A stretch of DNA of 64,000 bases, taken from assembly GCA_000708835.1 (NCBI GenBank), contig DF237461.1, positions 1 to 64,000 on the forward strand, read 5' to 3'. The DNA is from Klebsormidium nitens. Lineage: Eukaryota; Plantae; Klebsormidiophyceae. The notes below the pieces were generated by a model. It was not told the DNA's origin. It made no database searches and saw nothing but the letters and a program-made list of their open reading frames with translations. Position 1 is the stretch's first letter; the number at the start of each line of letters is the position of its first letter. This document shows, piece by piece, positions 10,458 to 25,384 of the stretch. The translations under genes and the position numbers were made by a program.

Positions 10458-13435
10458 CTAGCCCATTCGTTGCTCCCGAAGCATGACCTGCAGAGACGGT
10501 CGTCCAGTTATCATTCTGATGAGCTCAAACCGTATTCGTCTCAAGCGAACCCGTTTGAGTCACCCCACTAGTGCGCACTATCAACATCTGAGTTTCACGT
10601 TGGAGGGTTGTCCAGACAAAGTCACCGTCCCCAGCCCCTCCCAAATCAGTAATGCTCTGACATTGTAAACCAAACCCAGTAGCTGCAAACGGATCCAGTC
10701 TGCGAAGCAAAATCTTCCGTTTCACAAGCCTAATAGGAAATGCACATGCCGACGGCCTGCCTTCCTGATTGACAAAGCCTTGATCCTTTGCAAGGACCAA
10801 GAAGACACAAGAGCTTCTCGTGGCTGAATCGGCCTTTTAGACCCGGACTTACAGCTCGTACGTCAGAGGTCCAGGCGACATGTACACCGGGCCCCAATCT
10901 TCCTACCGACCTAAGATCAGTGGGAGCGGCTTTGACTTCGAATGGGTACTGAGGAACCGTTCTCACTTCTGGGCTGAACTTTATTAGGATCGTAGTCCGC
11001 GGCCGGAGCTGGCCTTCGATTGGGACGAAGTGCGCCGTGACTCTGGCAGGAAAACCAGCGCTGTCGAGCACGCCCTGCGAAAGAATGCAGATTCTTCGCC
11101 TCGAACATGGAAATTGAGCTACTGAGAAGTCCTTGTGTCGGAACGTTCAAAAGTTCAGGATTGATTAGGAGGGAGTCCCAACAACTTGCGTACAGTTCCG
11201 TCCAAATTGTTTGTGTTCAGAGACACAAAGTGGTGAATTAAAGTTCTCGGACAAACGGTGGAACACACGCCGGGTCAAGAGAATGACACGAAAGTGTAAG
11301 AGTTCCGACTATCTCAAGTAATCAACATCTCGTTCCTCTTCTGTACGCATCAGGATCCGCATGCATAACGAGAATTGTCCAAGATATGGTACACCTATGC
11401 GTTCACACTTCCAAAGAGAGTCTTTGTGTCCTGGCGAGATTGGTAAGTGGGTCTGCTGAAGGCAAGACGCTAGTGCAACATTGGACACTCTGGGTGACGA
11501 CTGGGGGGGAACCGGGACGGACGAGGGCTGCTTTACACCTTCGCAATGAAGCTCCGCTCGCCAAGATGAACTGAAGAAGAAGCTAAGGGCGGATTACCTT
11601 TACAATTCCCGCCACGTATGCTCCGCAATTGAACTGGCCCATGTCTTTAGGAACAGAGATGAATCTGCATTCAATACAGCTAAGACGTGAGTGGGACAAA
11701 GCGGCAGCTAAGAACATACATCCAGAACTTGCACAAGCAAAGTCTTACGGGTGCTAAAAGTCCACACAACTTTCTGATCATGCAAGCATCAAGACGGACC
11801 ACGAAATAGCCTTTCTATTATTCCATCCCACTGCCTTGACTGCAGCACAAGGAAGCGTTGGACAGGTCGGAGATGGACAAACCCACCTATTTACAAGGAG
11901 CTCTTTCTCGCTGATCATGTACTCGTCTTCCTCAGTTGTCGCTTTCTCGAGAGAGTCCGCTTGCTGTCCATGCAATGAAGGATGGGAGACCACTGTCAAA
12001 TCTGGAATTGCAGTTGAGTCCTTGAGCAAAAAGTTTTTCTTCGCCCCCCACTTTCGACTCTGCCTATGTTTCAACGTGTACAAATCTCATCAGATGAGGA
12101 AGCATCGTTGTGGACGAGTTGCCCGCCACGTGGACAGGCAGCCAATCAGTACCGGATGGAAAGATGCTCCATGCCAACAACACGGGAGTAAGGAGGCCAA
12201 TCAAAAACTTTTATTAACAGTAGTCTCACCTTTCCGAAGAGAGCCTTCCATACTGTCGAATGGATGAACGTCAAAATTCCGAGTAACCGGGTCTCCCTTC
12301 TGTTCGCCTGCAAAATCGGACAGAGTTATTTAAAACACTAACACTGAATTGCAGCCTTGCACCTGCTGGCGTATTGCATCCAATTGATACTCTCTCATTG
12401 AAGCAGTCATACCAGGCCGGCTGCCATCAAACACAACCAATTGAGTACTTTACTGTGTTTGAAAACTGGACAAAACGTTTGATGATGTGCGTCAAGCGCC
12501 AATCAAATTCCGAATCTTCCAGCTAGACTGGGGCGTTCATTCAGATCAGCCTAGTGAACAGAAAGGGAACTGAAGACGCAACGGCATCAAGACCGCCTAA
12601 AGAAGGAGCAGGGCCATCTAGGTGTGGCTGAGAAATTTGTAGGATGCGCTCACCTTTTCCCGATGACACAGGAGCTCCAGCACTCGAAGGCCCACCCCAT
12701 ACCCTGCCTCCTCTAGCTTCCTCTCAAGTTCGTTGACATTGTTCACCTTGGTTTGGAAGTACTGGACAAGCTCGCTGAAGAGGAATGCGAACGCACTCAG
12801 GTTTACCTGCATCAGAACATGCCAGAGCGTTGATGGCGGATCATACTGTTTGGTTCTGTCAAGATCGTGAAAATGCTGACTGCCAAAGCGACTGAATTTT
12901 TTTAAGTGAAAGTAGACCCCAGCTAAGATCAGGTCTTTTTCCTAAAGGTTGATTGTAGATTGCTTACGCAGTAGGCAGGGAGGACCTGCGGTGCCAAGTG
13001 GCACATTTGATGAATTGATCGTTGAGCTATTGTTTGACAACTAGTGACCCAATTGCAACTTGGTATGGAAAGTTCCTGAAGACCAGAATACCACCACTGC
13101 TGGAGAGAAGTTTCCATTGTGAAGCCATATTCAACAGGATTGCAAAGAAATTGGGGCTGCACAGGTTTATCCAAAAGTTGTGATGAACTTCAGGTGCATC
13201 AAAGAATGCACACAATCTGGAAGCGCTGGTCTCAGGCAGACAGCAATTTTCGAGCTCAATCAAGGCGCTACTCTTCAGTGGCTCTCCACCCTCTCGGCTT
13301 TCTGGAAAAACTCTTTCAATCCAATGATCGGTTCTTTCCACCTTGCAACGCTGACCCTACCTCTGTCTTGCCCTTTGGCAAAGGCCGGTCCACAACGTTC
13401 ACCAAATGGGCCCTACCGCGCGCAACTCCCAGCAT
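10458..13435 (-). CDS. TRAPPC5: Trafficking protein particle complex subunit 5 (Trs31), 195 aa. Exons 13435-13361, 12806-12654, 12307-12230, 11963-11887, 11664-11598, 11074-10967, 10487-10458
   Basis: The joined protein contains [81 protein letters not shown], all typical of Trs31. All phases are consistent. Confidence 0.95.
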
Positions 13436-14242
13436 GATGGCAGGCTGCCCCTTTCAGAATCTCCAAGTTGGCTGAACAGCATAATTAATTGCACTTGTGC
13501 GCCAATTGCTCCATTCCAAAAACCGCTTGCACCAACTCTATGCACGTTGGTGCCCACGGTTGAACCTCCTCGCCTCTCTACCTGTCAAGATGTAGCAGGA
13601 TTGACCAGGATCAAACTGCTGTCTTGTAGGATCAAAGCGCTTTCCTGTAGGATAACTTCAATATTATTAAAGAAGAAGCTCTTTTACTCTAGCCTTTTAA
13701 AATAATATTATTAATTTGGCTCTAGCTGTTCAATAAACTTGCATTGCAGAGCCGCAACGAGAGCGAGCCAACATGTAGGACATTCTGGGCTGTTCGTTTT
13801 GCCGATTTGCAGGCGGTACGGGATAAGGGTGCCGGTCCTCCGACCGCTTCAGCCCCTCAAGAAAAATCGGGGTCATGGAGACTTCAACCGACCTTAATCT
13901 GACCTGATTAGAGCACTCAGGGACCGGCTCCGGCCACTTCCATCGCCCCGGGCCCGGGCCGATCCCGACTCCGAGCCCGGCCTGCCGGGCCATTGCGGTA
14001 ACGGTTTGGTTCTATCGGCCGCCACGTGTACTTGTGCTGGCACAGGCAATTTGCAAACCCTAGATCGGTGCCGCTGTTTCAGTGTTTGCTTCTGTGGCGG
14101 CGCCGGTGTGCTTGATTCAGCAATTTCTCTTTGAACTCCTGGGCCAGCCGCCGATTCTGAGAAGCTATCTCTCTCTCTGCTCATTGAAAGGAGTCACAGA
14201 GGGTGTGTTACAAGGAATCCTTTTGCCTGCATTGACGACGCC

Positions 14243-17200
14243 ATGGCGGCAACGGCCGCGCGGCATGGTTCCTTCGTTGGAAACTCCAGGCTGCTCTCAG
14301 ATACGCATCCTAGCACATCCTCCCGGCTAAGAGATTGTGAGACAGTGTCACTGCATTCTAAAGGCTGTCGGAGGAAGAATGTTTGCGACGACGTTCCGTC
14401 GTCTTCTCTTTGGGGCCAGCAACTAGAAGTACTTAGCGCGGCGCAACGGATAGTTCATTGGCACCGGGAGCGGGGGTGTGCCGCGGTGCCTCGGTTGGTA
14501 GCAAGAGGATCTCAGCAGACGCAGTTTACATTCCCTGGAGTTCCGTCAGTAGAATCTGAAGGATTGTCAAGTCAGGGCAGAAGGGGCGACCTTCTAAGAT
14601 GCAATGCCCAGGCTCAGCAGGTCGCCCGGATACCGGCCCGAACACCAGACGAGAAGTGTGAAAAGGTAAGCCTGCATCAAAAGTACTTATCCAAACAAAC
14701 CTAGGGCACTCGTTAAGCTCAAACATACCGACAAGTCTCCGAGTGGACCCTAGAGTCAGTGGCTTGAGTTACGCCAGATGATCAACATTTCATTGAAAAG
14801 TCACAGCAACAAGTATTTCAGTTGTGGCTCTCATCAGGCTAACTCTGGCGGTCTTGGAGTATGGGGTTCTTCCTGACTCTCTACTTCAAATCTCCAGAAA
14901 GAAGCTGGCTCCATTTCGTGCAGGTCCCGGTGTCTCGCATCCGGAACTTCTCGATCATCGCTCACATCGACCACGGCAAGAGCACGCTTGCAGATCGGCT
15001 GCTGCAGTTCACAGGCACGGTGGAGGATCGGTTGATGAAGGGCCAGTTTCTGGACAATATGGATTTGGAGCGTGAGAGGGGGATCACCATCAAGCTGCAA
15101 GCGGCGCGCATGAAGTACGTGGCGGCCGATGGAGAGACTTACGTTCTCAACCTGATTGACACGCCGGGGCACGTCGACTTTTCGTATGAGGTGCGCACCC
15201 GCCCTTTTGCAAGGTGTAGATCCCGCGATGATTGTTCCTGTGTTGCGGTGCTGCTACGAGTTTCTAAGGTCCATAAGGAGCCAGGAGGAGCCGGCGTTTG
15301 CATAAATACGAAAAGGAGGGGGCAGGTAGAGAAGAGGACGTCCGGAAATTTGGTGCGGAGGACGGGCAATTGCCGGGAAGTTCCCCCCCGACCTACTGTG
15401 ACAGGTTGCGTGCCATTCAATCAGTAATCAACAGCCAAGGAAGCCCGGGCATTGAGGCCTTTCTGATGCAGATGTTCCAGACTCAACAAGCTTTCGAGTG
15501 ACCTTGAACAATGCTGGGGTCGATGAATTTAATTGATTGGCTTTTGCATTCATCTTTGTCCATACAAGCGAGGAGATGGTGAAGGCGAATATGAAGTGAT
15601 TACTTCAGAGCACAAGTTGCGGACACGGCTGACATTGACAAAGTAGCCTCAGATTGGGCAAGCTGTTCCGTCTGTACTCAGCCAAAGAAAAGCTTCTCAA
15701 GAAAAGAGAACCAGATCAGCTCGTTCATTTGTTTGTTGCAGGTGTCTCGATCGTTGGCAGCATGCGAGGGGGCTCTTTTGGTGGTAGATGCAGCGCAGGG
15801 GGTGGAGGCGCAAACGTTGGCCAACGTCTATCTGGCCTTGGAGAACAATCTCGAGATCATTCCGGTGAGCTTTGATCTGCTAGAGCTCATTCCAAGTCCC
15901 ACGTCTGACTTTTTGAGGCGTGCGGATTTCGTTGTAATTTGAACGATTATTTGATGCTTGTGTGTCTGAGAGTAGTGAGGACAATCTGCAGTAAATTCTG
16001 GGTGTGTTGGCTTTGATGGTTGATGGCCAAGCACGGGTTGGAAAGGCGTTTATCTGCAAAGGGGCGGATGCCGAATGGACAGTACGCAACAGACGTTTGT
16101 GTGGTGTCAAAGAAGTGTAGAAGAGAGCAAACGTAATTCAGGAGCCCTGCCCCTTTCCAGATTGGATAGGTACAAGCAAGCACCCCATGAAACATACTCA
16201 TCAGGGAAACAATGAACCAACCAATCGTAAAGGCGGGCGCAGGAGTCGAGTACGATGGCGTGAAGTCGTCTGCAAGCGACGGACAGAACCCAGTGATTGT
16301 TGCACAAGCGCCTTGATCCGAAAGCTTTGTTGCAACTCCGCTTGATCCAGGTGTTGAACAAGATCGACCTGCCTGGCGCCGACGCCGAGGCGTGCAAGAA
16401 GGAGATTGAGGATGTTGTCGGCCTCGACACGAGCGGCGCGATTCTTTGCTCCGCGAAGGAGGGCATCGGTATCGAGGACATTCTCGAGGCGATCGTGGCC
16501 CGCGTTCCCGCCCCCCGGGACACAACGAAAGAGCCGTTCCGCGCGCTCATCTTCGACAGTTACTACGACGCGTACCGAGGAGTCATTGTCTACTTCCGGG
16601 TGATGGACGGGGAGGTGCGCGTAGGAGATACGGTGCGATTCATGAACAGCGGGAAGGAGTACGAGATCGACGATCTGGGCGTGATGGCGCCGAACCAGTT
16701 GCCGGTGAAAGCGCTGTACGCGGGGGAGGTCGGGTTCTTGTCCGGGAGCATACGGGCAGTGGCGGACGCGCGGGTCGGGGATACGATTACGATTGCGGGG
16801 AAACGGGCAGTGACGCCGCTACCAGGGTACGAGCAGGCGGTGCCCATGGTGTTCTGCGGGCTGTTCCCGGTGGATGCGGACCAGTGAGTGTGGAACTCTT
16901 TTCGCTTTCCTTTCCTCGATTTTCATACGTCAAGATGCGGTTATCCGTCCAGAGGCGCACGTTTGGCAAGATATGGCAGATGTAGGGGAAGCCCTCGAGC
17001 CCGCTGCTATACGGCCTGTAGCCCGAAAGAGGCTTAGTCGAAGGAAGGAGAGGCCCGCAACTGGAAGCGCGACATGGAGAGACATCAGGCAGCCAGACAC
17101 TAGGGGCGCGGGAATGAGTGAAGAACAGAGCAGTCGTTAAAACGACAGGATTATCAGCTTTGCGAAGCGGGTGCGTCTTACTGCACGCAAGGCAGCCGTT

Positions 17201-20200
17201 GCAACCCGTCCCTGTCCCTAACATCCGGATAGAGTAGCAGCTTGATGCACAGTTTCGTCACCAACTGTCAGCACGCTCACTGACATTGACAAAACTTCTC
17301 AAATCGGCTTGCGATTATCTTAGTCTGCCATTCGACCCGGTGAACCTTCGGTCGTCTCGCGGATTCCTGACGGGCCCTATGCCGCCACCTGCAGGTTCCC
17401 GGACCTACGCGACGCCCTCGAGAAGCTGCAGCTGAACGACGCGGCGCTCAAGTTTGAGCCCGAGACGTCAAGCGCCATGGGGTTCGGCTTCCGATGCGGA
17501 TTCCTGGGCTTGCTGCACATGGAAATTGTACAGGTTAGATTAGCGGAGTATTTACCCCGGGCAATAACTGGAGATACTTATGGACTGGTTGGGCAAGAGT
17601 CTGTTATGGGTTTGGATACTCTGATTGGGGCAAAATTGATCAATGCATATGGAGATCGTCCAGGTGAGCAGCAGGTTAACGTCCAATTGATGGAGATGCT
17701 TACGGAAACGCAAGAGTGATGGCCAGGGATCGTTCAGGAAGCAGTCAGCTTTTGCAGATTAGTCCGAAAGGTCGTTGAAGGTCGTAAGTCGCTGAAGGTT
17801 CCAGGTTGGTGGCTTGCTGGTGTTCTCGGCCACGCAATGAAGGAGAGTGTTCTTCAGCGGAAGCAGAGTTTAGCCATGTTTGATATTTTTCCGACAACTA
17901 GAGATGCGGATGGGTTTAACCACTGTAACTTCGAAAGTCACTTTTGGGATTGAACCAGGGGTCGAATGATTGCTGGCGTCGTATGTACTATCCCGATTCG
18001 ATTGAGTCTGGAGATAGAAACCATCCGCATTTTCTTTGCCTACAGGAGCGGTTAGAGCGCGAGTACAACCTGAACCTGATCATCACGGCCCCCAGCGTGG
18101 TGTATAAAGTGCACTCTGCCGACGGGAGTGTCGTCATGGTGGACAACCCGGCGCAGCTGCCCGCCGCGGAGAAGCGCGCATTCATCGAGGAGCCGTACGT
18201 CCGGGTGAGCACCCCATCCGGACGGCTGTGCTCGCGCCACCTGTCATTTGACATGCCCGTGCCGTAGTGTTACCTGATTGCTCGGCTTTCGTGCTGCGTC
18301 GAGCCATGCGGCACCCGGAATAAGATGGACGGGTTTGTTGTTTCTCAACTTTGAACGGGTTCGGGGCCTCCACAACCGGGTTCTCTCACTGGAGTCTGTT
18401 TGCTTTCAACGATAGTCGCGTCATTCTCAAGGTCGAGGGCTTTGGTCTTATCGTTGGCTCTCAACGAGCCACTGGAGTTTGATGACGCTTTGTGAATGAC
18501 GCTGTGCAACTCTGCATGATCACGCCCGAGACATATGCTTTGTCACCACGTCTCTCCTTTTGCGTGTTCCTCTCCCCCCTCTTCACTTCACACTCAATGC
18601 GGCATCCTTTTCCGGTGTGCAGATCAGCATGATCACACCGAAGGATTTCGTGGGCCCGCTGATGGAGCTGGCGCAGAACCGCCGCGGCGAGTTCACCGAG
18701 ATGAAGTACATCACCGAGGCGCGCTGCGAGCTGGTCTACGAGCTGCCGCTGGGGGAGGTCAGCGGCTCGCCTCACTTTCCGCGTCTTCTTTACTCTGCTT
18801 ACTACTGCGGCTGTGGCGAAAATTCGATTTTGGGCCCAGGTTTAGGGCCCAGAGTTCTTGGGCTGCGACAAACGCTGCGTTGGCTGCTAACTCCGTGTTC
18901 ATTTGGGAACGGTCACGGATGGCTGCGACATAAGTTTGATTACGGCCCAGTATTCAGCATGCGTGTGCCCTCCTTTCGTCCTTTATAAGTGGCTGTCCCC
19001 TCCGGTCTCCGCTTTCCTTCTTTGTTTCGGTGCTATTGAGAGACTGGCCTATCAGCTGCTTGCAACGGCTCGCCTGCCGGTTTTTAGTTTTGGTCCTTGT
19101 TGCTTCTTCTCGCTATCTTTTCATTCAGGCTTCTCCTCTGTTTTTAGCGATCTTGGCGGTGCTCTCTCTGCGAAATCAGGACGCTTTGCAGCGGCTGGGA
19201 AATGCGTGCCGACAACCCTCTCTGGTTAGAGACTCTCCGGCGCTACAAGTATTCCGTTCTAAGTCTTCGTCTCTCCTTAGAAAAGTTTCCGTCATTCCGT
19301 CATCCCTGTTCGCCGTGGGAACAAACGGCTCAGACGAGGACGTTATTCTCTTTCAAGCCGCTCTGTTAAGCACTGACAAACCATCCTGGAACCTTTTCCT
19401 CGACGCTCTTCCTTTTTCGACCCCTGTTTTGACCCACTTGTCAACCAGCTCGGCTCCGACAGCAAGCGCGACAAACGTCAAGAGTCTTTGCCTCTCTCTC
19501 CCCCTCTTGCTTCTGATCCATATTGAACCCGCCTCAAACCCGCCTCCTCTTCGTTCCCGAGTAGTGACCGGCATTCCCGACTAGTTGAGACCGCTCACCA
19601 AACGTTTTCAGCATTTTCCCCCCTTGCTTCTAAGCCAATTCAACGGGGACTCGTCCTTCCCTTAACCTCCTTCCTGTTGGTCACCGGCTCAAGTAGTGCA
19701 CTTTACAACACCAAGGTTGCTCAGCTTCTAAACTTGATGAACTCCCCCCAACCTTCCCCCACATCCTTGTTGTTTTCTCAGCACTCTGACCCGTTCCAAA
19801 CCCCTTCAACCCTCGTTTGAATCCAGGTTCCCTGCCTGCCAAGTGGTCACTCAGTTTGTCGACATCATGCATCAAGTCGTGCATCAAGGGATACAAAGGT
19901 TGCTCATCTTCAGCCTCTTTTGAAACGCCCCCAACGCTCTTGTCCTTCAGCATCCCTAACACGTCCTGAACCGCTTTAAAGCTTACCTTAACCCATTTTT
20001 CACTCGTCCAGGTGGTGACCGACTTTTTCGACCAGCTCAAGTCGCGCACCAAGGGGTACGCGAGCATGGAGTACCACCTGATCGGGTACCGCCGCAACGA
20101 ACTCGTACGCCTCGATCTCAATATCAACGGCGAGCCGTGCGACCCGCTCGCCACCATTGTGCACCGCGACAAGGCCTACCAGGTAACTGCAAGCCGGGTA

Positions 20201-21416
20201 GTCTAAGGAATTCCGGGTTTTCAACTTTGGGTTAGGGGGCTCAGCCTCTTGAAAGTTTGTGTTTCGCGGAGGTACAACAGGTCGAATAGGAAAGGTCGGA
20301 CATGCAGTGAAGTGGATTTGGGAAAGGGACTAGCAAACGTGGGCTTTTTTACCGCACTAACAGCCCTTCGTCCTCTACTGACACGCCTCTCGTTCGGTGG
20401 CTCTCGTTCTGGTTAAGGTCGTAGGTTGCAATCCATCCGGTGGCGCCAGCATGGCGCTGCCTTTGCACTATACAGGCCCGTTTGCCGATTCAGTATAGCC
20501 TTGTAGCAACCGCCGACTACGAACCTTGAAAAGCCAAGAGTTTTTCCATCTCCAATAACGAACATCGCACTGCAGGTGGGCCGTGCGCTGACGGAGAAGC
20601 TGAAGGAGCTCATCCCGCGGCAGATGTTCAAGATCCCCATTCAGGCCACCATTGGCGCCAAGGTCATTGCGAGCGAGAGCATCGCCGCAATGCGGAAGGA
20701 CGTGCTCGCAAAATGCTATGGTGAGCTGCGCTTAACTTGGCCATCTGCGGTGTCAGGTGCACATGACAACCTCCGGCCTGTTCTATAAGCTGAGAAAACG
20801 TTTGGCCGTGCTATAGTTCGGGTTCTAAACTTCCTCTGGCAATCAGCATATGAGCATCAGTTTAGATATATGCTGGCACCACTGAAACTGAATAACGAAA
20901 TGTTTGCCCTTCGCGCCTTCAGAATGCGACAGCTTGCTTGCAAAGCGCTGCGGATAGGGGTTTCAGAACAAGTAAAGCTGAAACGCGCAGGGCATACCGG
21001 TGCTGGATTACTGAGCCGGCTGTTGCTGGTGGCAAGCTTAGGAGGCGAACTTTCAACCCCCCTTCCAATCGGTTGTATTCTCGTCATGGCGACTCTGGAT
21101 GTTTCGAGTTTTGAACGGTTTGTTCAGCCAGCGTTTCTAGTCGTAATTGCTGTTCGTCGAAACGGGTCTCTGCGAGGGGCAACCCTGTTTGACATTCTGA
21201 GTTCCTTATCCAGCTGATCTGTCAGCCAGGCAGCCAGTGTTGGAATTTTCACAAGCTCTGCTCATCTTTCGGTGCGCAGGAGGTGATATAAGCCGGAAGA
21301 AGAAGCTGTTGAAGAAGCAGGCGGAGGGCAAGAAACGCATGAAGTCGCTAGGCAAGGTAGACGTGCCGCAGGAGGCGTTCATGGCGGTGCTGCAACTAGA
21401 GCGGCAAGTCACGTGA
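14243..21416 (+). CDS. lepA: Plastid translation factor LepA/EF-4 (GUF1 family), about 743 aa with transit-peptide-like N-terminus. Exons 14243-14665, 14924-15190, 15742-15864, 16351-16883, 17395-17533, 18046-18204, 18623-18757, 20012-20182, 20576-20720, 21280-21416
   Basis: [112 protein letters not shown]. Phases are consistent. Confidence 0.97.
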
Positions 21417-22400
21417 ACACGTGGCCCATACTAGCATTCTTTTGTAGATATTCAAGGGGCTCTCCGGGTTGGCAGACCGCACAGAAACAAGGACGAGATC
21501 GAGACGTTCTTGCAAGCGCTTGCTTCCAAGCTTTATCTCGATGGACAGTAGCAAATGTCACTCGACGCCTCTAGTTTGGACATGATGGCTTGTCCAATGG
21601 AACATGGCAGCTGCGGGCCACTATAAACATGTCGTAACCTGTATCCAGTCTATGATGCAAATGACATGCGTCAATACAAATATGCAACCGGAAGTTGACC
21701 GTGGCACTGCCGCTGGCTAGGGCTTGCCACTGAGCCAGCTTTTTGACTCGCTTACTTATTGATTCATGTGCATGTGTTCGTTGTGTTTTGCAGTCCTTAA
21801 GCAAGCACCGGCCGAATCATACCCAATTTCTTGCATTATCATGCAAGCTGATTGCATGTACGTACTCAGTAAAGCTTCAGTTCTGGGAAACTTTGCAATG
21901 CAGTCGGCGTTGGAAAATTGCTTGCCAATTACTATCGCTAGTAACACCCGTCGTAACCCATCATGCCTGATTCTCAGCCTGTGCGCGTGCACATGCTAGT
22001 GAGACATGCATGCATTAGTACAGGCTATAGCATGGCTGCACCGTGCCTCATTTCACCTTTGTGAATAGTCGCGTGCTCAGCGGTGATTTACAGGTGCGTT
22101 CGTCCAAGGTCAATACTGAAATTCATAAACGGACACGTCTCCTGCGTGATAGATTTTCGTTCGAAACAATTGCTAATCCGGCTGTACGTCCTCTAGCTGT
22201 TTGCTTCCAAAGAATGAATGAATAGTATAACTGTTTTACATGTTTGACTGTATGGCTCAAGGTTCCCGCTGTCTACCTCATGTTTATCCACGTATATTTG
22301 CTTGTTACCTGGTTCTCGGTCAAATGGTACAACTTCACTGCGTCCGTGTGTTAGAATCTAATCAAAAGTGTGTCGAGTTATCCAACTGCCTCGAGTCCTA

Positions 22401-24991
22401 TCACGCGGCTCGGATAGCCACAGCGTTTCTCACGACTTCGTTCAGTGCAGCCACAACCGGAGATTGCTCCAGTTGCGGCTTTGGGATTGATGACACCGGT
22501 GCAGATAAAACGGAGAAGGATCTCGCGAGATTGGCCACCGGCCTGACGTTGTCTACAATCACACCGTCAACCCCCTGGAATTGCTGGAAGAAGACAGCCT
22601 CCGGCAGATTGCTGCAAGATGGAAATGAGAGAACATCAACGTCGAGTACCTTGCCTGTGTGACATCAGCGTCTGCGAAGTGACAGTCGAGCGACAATCGT
22701 GAAGGGTCAAGCGAAAAGAGGCGTAACAACAAGGCCCTTTCGAAATAGGCTGTCAAGCAAGAAATGCTCCCTTCCAGAACGACCTGAAAGTTCTAGCGCC
22801 TAAAGATCACGCAAAGGATAGGGGATCGAATCTCCCAAAGATGACACAGCAAATCATTCGGATGCTACAGGTCTTTTGCGTCAAACTTGCAGTGGGGTCC
22901 ACGATCTAGAGCCAACAGATGCCGTCCCATTGTCGATCTTACGGTCCAGGATCAAGAACCCTGCTCCGAGCAGATTAAAATCCGTGGCAGAATTGACGAA
23001 ACAGCTGCAAAAGAAGCTTCAGAAGTCGTTCGCTTACTTCTCCTCCCCGTAGGTGTACAGGCCCAGGCCTTGGTTTTTGATGACCCTGATCATTTCCGGT
23101 TGTCTAAGAATGGCGGTCACCTCCGATACAATCCCCTGGAGTTGATCTGTACACAATAGAGATTGCCGACTCAGCGGAGCTCAGTATCTTCCTGAAAGAC
23201 TCAGTCATAACAAGCACCAAATCCTGACAGCACCTTCGTCTTCCGAAAACAGGCATTGTCATTCTGATGCAGAGCTAGTACCGAATCTCCACCTGTCCGC
23301 TTTCAGACAGGGCAACTAAGTTTGGCGCCACCTCTGCAAGGGAGGACCTCGCTTATGAACACTCACTTGACGTGCAGAGGTCAATAGCTGCAGCGAGCGA
23401 GTTTCGCCGAGGATCTTGGTAGAGATCCGAGCCCCCGTCAGTCAGGAAAAACACCTGAAACAGAAAGTCAGTGTGAATCAGAATTGCCATTGGAAAGCCA
23501 TTGCTATGCGCCCACCATTGCTCACACGTGGTTGCTACGAACATCACTCCACCAGTTTGCACTACTGGTACTCTGATCGAAGCAAGCTCGCTATTAACAC
23601 GTTGGCATTAAAACCTTACCAAGGGGGCACTCTGCAATGTTCTTGAGCTGCGCAAAATGGGAGAAATGACTGCACTGCTGCTCGATGGTGTTTGTGCGAA
23701 GTCGCTCAGAGGTGCTCACAGGATAAGTGCTTTGCAGGCGGCGGAGTAGAATTGCGGCGTCTGGATGGAAGGTGGAGAAGATGATGCGGCGATGGCCCGC
23801 ATTTGCCTTGACATCTGCCAGAGTGGCCGTCACAACCCGCGCGATCTCTTCAAGGGACTCCTCTGAGTCCAAGAATTTTACCTGGGGAGGTGATGCAATC
23901 CTGGTCAGCTTATGAGTGTCAAGAGAGGGGTTATGGGCGAGACAGGCACTATTGCCGGCCGTGATCAAGGGACACACCAGGCAACTGTCAGGCAGAATGT
24001 TGCTTTGATCAGGACACTCTGCATAAGGTCCAGGATAAACCCCGCTAAACTGTCAGATTACCCATTCAACTGACTTAAAAACACTTCGCAGTGGGAATGT
24101 CTCGAGTAAGCCCTGTAAATCAAAGAGCTCTGATCTTCCAGCTTACCTCAATGTTAAAGCCCACGGTCTCTGCGACATTCTGAAAAGCCTCCTTCAGCGT
24201 ACAAAGGGGCCCCTCCATTGCACACTCCCATGGCTCCAGGATCCCATCACCAGCTCGCCGGAGCAGCGGCCGACCGCTGAAACCTGCCCCCTCTTGCGGC
24301 CCAATCCTCCTGAACTCATCTATTGTCAGATCCCCTATCCTTCTAGACTCTTCTTCCGACGTGTGGATGTAGTCATCATGGAAAATGACAGCGTGACTAT
24401 CTTTTGAGACTTGGACATCAAACTCAATGAAGTCTGCGCCGTGGTTGCCAGCTAGAGCAAATGATCTAATTGTGTTCTCTCGGATGTCAGGCAGCCCCTC
24501 TACTCCCCCCACCCAGGCCAGCCGCTTGCTTTTGTTCTTTCCGGAGCCTCTGCAAGATTAACGAGTTAGCCAAGTTAAAACTATGTAAGAAATTTGTATC
24601 AGGAAAAGGCATCGCGCAATCTCAAGATTTTGATAGGCACTGAAAGCATGTTAGGAATGCTAAGCTTCACCTGGCCACCACATCCTGCTATCATTGATTT
24701 GCATGCGTGCTGTAAGTGGAATGCACCTAGAACTCCTCACCTATGACCCACGATAGTGACGCGAGAGCGACCCTGACCAGTTTCTACCCTCCCCCAGTAG
24801 CTGGTTCTCGAGGGACTCAGGATGGAGATGGACTCTGCTCCGAACCGGCCCCTCTTTTCTGCTTCTTCCGTTTCTATCTGCGGCCAGGCAAAGCTACCGG
24901 GCCGCAGAAGAAAGGTCTCCACGATTTTCTGACTTGGATTTGCAGCTAGAGTTGGGGCCCTTTCAAGAGGACTGCCACACAAAATATGCAT
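22401..24991 (-). CDS. GDPD: Glycerophosphodiester phosphodiesterase (GDPD), about 407 aa, start codon tentative. Exons 24991-24741, 24549-24147, 23881-23720, 23454-23367, 23146-23038, 22611-22401
   Basis: IVGHRG, RENTIRSF, GADFIEFDVQVSKD, VIFHD, GFNIEVKF, IIFSTFHPD, GLYTYGEENN, GVDGVIVD: the GDPD TIM-barrel motifs. Phases are consistent. Confidence 0.92.
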
Positions 24992-25384
24992 GAATCAGCT
25001 GCAATTGGATATTGGTTAGATAGTCCAGCTTGGAAAAGAACGGGCTCAAAATGTTGAATGCCAGGGTCCCAAAAGAAGCAGATAGAGAACTTGAAATCAC
25101 AAGTGAAGTTGCTCTGAAAGTGCCTCTAAGCAAAGATAGCCGGATTGCTAATCAAGATGCTCACCTTGTGAAAGAGGTTCGAGGACTTTGCATGACGATT
25201 GTGTCTGCAAAGACAGGATACATCATGTTCAAGCCAGGAAGCGACTGTTATTAGGTGATGAACAGAACCATCTGTGCAGTTGATCAAGATGGATATCTAC
25301 CGAAGCAACCAAAGAAGCATCTGGTACGCATCTGGCAACCAGTTATAGTCAGCCTCACGCGGATGGGCAGCAAAGATCAGCCGG

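Noticed and set aside
19030-19584. 184-codon Leu/Ser-rich ORF inside LepA intron 7
   Set aside because: Pyrimidine-rich intron composition explains the open frame; LepA is complete without it and it has no usable flanking splice phases that I could find.
21980-22000. Hairpin followed by CTAG here and near 39335-39372, resembling Helitron 3' ends
   Set aside because: Spacing to CTAG is inconsistent, no shared 5' TC terminus or mutual homology was seen, and CTAG is common in these tracts.
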